A stretch of 7,479 nucleotides of DNA, taken from NCBI GenBank assembly GCA_042217545.1, contig JBDGSM010000035.1, positions 1 through 7,479 on the forward strand, read 5' to 3'. The notes under the pieces were generated by a model. That model ran no database searches, was not told the DNA's origin, and saw nothing but the letters and a program-made list of their open reading frames with translations. The stretch comes from Candidatus Nanohalobium sp. (GTDB lineage Archaea > Nanohalarchaeota > Nanosalinia > Nanosalinales > Nanosalinaceae). Each line of letters begins with the position of its first letter. Positions within the stretch are counted from its first letter, which is position 1. Of the stretch, positions 6,843 to 7,479 are shown in pieces. The position numbers and the translations under genes are program-made.

Positions 6843-6904
6843 AAAACTCTTTCTGGAAAGAGGACCGAGGCCTCCGTGTTAAAAAGTTGACAGTCCTTTT
6901 CATT

Positions 6905-7172
6905 TCCTACATCAACACCTTTACGGTTGAGATGTGTACGGTAGCCCAGAAAAGCTTGGCGGCTGGCTGGGCTATAACCACTTATTTCTGATAAAGTTGC
7001 ATTCAAGACCAGAATTTACGCTGGTATATAACAGTTGAGGCCTCAAACCCTAGACGGTTACTGGGAGGCGTTTGTGAGGCGCACTCCCGGAATACCAACT
7101 CAGGAAAGCCCTTCAAGGCTTTCTCGGAGCACAGGGGTTTGTTGATCCCAGCTCCTAATGAGTTCCTACTTT
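6905..7172 (+). ncRNA. Candidate structured non-coding RNA(s), unidentified
   Basis: At least six stems, including a nested multibranch domain. G-U pairs consistently favour the + strand. No credible ORF, TATA-like elements at 6879 and 7025, and a T-tract at 7170-7173. Confidence 0.5.
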
Positions 7173-7229
7173 TACCACAGAAAACTAACTTCAGAAAATC
7201 AAAACCAAAGGCCTTCCTATAGCCCACCA

Positions 7230-7238
7230 TATTTAACA
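7230..7238 (+). promoter_or_regulatory. TATA box of the tRNA gene
   Basis: TATTTAAC ~30 nt upstream of the mature tRNA 5' end. Confidence 0.6.
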
Positions 7239-7267
7239 GTTAACGCCACCACCAAACTTACCTACAG

Positions 7268-7479
7268 GCCTCGATAGCTCAGCCTGGCTAGAGCAGCTCC
7301 CTTGTAACAACTGGTTACCGCATCTTCCGCACAGCGGAAGCATGCTGAAAGCAGGCCTTCAAAAGTGAAGCCTGCGGCGCTCAGGTTGGCACGCAAAGAG
7401 CCATTCTATGAATGGCTCACGTAGAACGTGTCAAACGCAAGATAGGAGCAGGTCGAGGGTTCAAATCCCTCTCGGGGCT
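7268..7479 (+). tRNA. tRNA-Thr(UGU) with intron at canonical position 37/38 (exons 7268-7306 and 7444-7479)
   Basis: Acceptor stem GCCTCGA/TCGGGGC with U73 discriminator; D-arm GCTC/GAGC; anticodon stem GCTCC/GGAGC with loop CT-TGT-A^A; T-arm GAGGG-TTCAAAT-CCCTC. Confidence 0.95.
7307..7443 (+). other. 137-nt archaeal tRNA intron with bulge-helix-bulge splice motif
   Basis: Central helix CTTG(7301-7304)/CAAG(7438-7441), 3-nt bulges TA^A (7305-7307) and AT^A (7442-7444), closed by C7308-G7437. Confidence 0.9.

Larger units (their letters stand above)
98..7358. repeat. Dispersed, highly iterated palindrome AGGCCT (33 copies counted by eye)
   Basis: Starts at 98, 897, 1712, 1878, 2538, 2594, 2857, 3058, 3201, 3331, 3474, 4123, 4152, 4354, 4892, 5271, 5391, 5659, 5836, 5924, 6020, 6084, 6155, 6187, 6452, 6521, 6695, 6736, 6868, 7038, 7209, 7266 and 7353. 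Confidence 0.85.

Noticed and set aside
6847..6862. Hairpin CTCTTT-CTGG-AAAGAG after the GNAT stop as an intrinsic terminator
   Set aside because: No adjacent U-tract on +, and archaeal termination does not generally need hairpins; unsupported.
7097..7195. RNase P RNA or SRP RNA identity for the structured region (CAGGAAAGCCC, ACAGAA; CAGG...AGCA)
   Set aside because: The P4 pseudoknot strands do not pair, and the SRP helix-8 spacing and GNRA loop are absent. A covariance-model search is still needed to exclude divergent forms.
6653..7230. Minus-strand ORFs 6653-7006 and 7003-7230
   Set aside because: Non-acidic, no recognisable motifs, and one overlaps the GNAT antisense. The region is better explained by + strand RNA structure.
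7307..7443. Group I intron or ORF-containing intron
   Set aside because: It ends in T rather than omega-G, has no P/Q/R/S core, is too short, and a canonical BHB motif explains splicing.

Overview
Compact, gene-dense archaeal window with a strongly acidic proteome, short intergenic regions, TATA boxes ~23-27 nt upstream of start codons and a BHB-intron tRNA. This pattern points to a halophilic archaeon, most likely a nanohaloarchaeon (DPANN); the taxonomy is inference. Left to right it holds: a glutaredoxin-like protein and a Nudix hydrolase (-); the oapABC (arvABC) small-GTPase operon (+); a 2-TM membrane protein; an amphi-Trp domain protein; two paralogous acidic disordered proteins (-); two hypothetical proteins (one Zn-ribbon); a divergent cytidine-deaminase-family enzyme; a catalytic-domain-only class I LysRS paralog (-); a GNAT acetyltransferase; ~420 bp of heavily structured non-coding DNA; and tRNA-Thr(UGU) with a 137-nt structured intron. 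The most notable signals are: (1) the truncated, active-site-remodelled LysRS1 paralog; (2) 33 copies of the palindrome AGGCCT (about 2 expected), resembling a HIP1-type element; (3) candidate unannotated structured ncRNA(s) upstream of the tRNA; (4) the long multi-hairpin tRNA intron; (5) an apparent AUC start codon for oapC.
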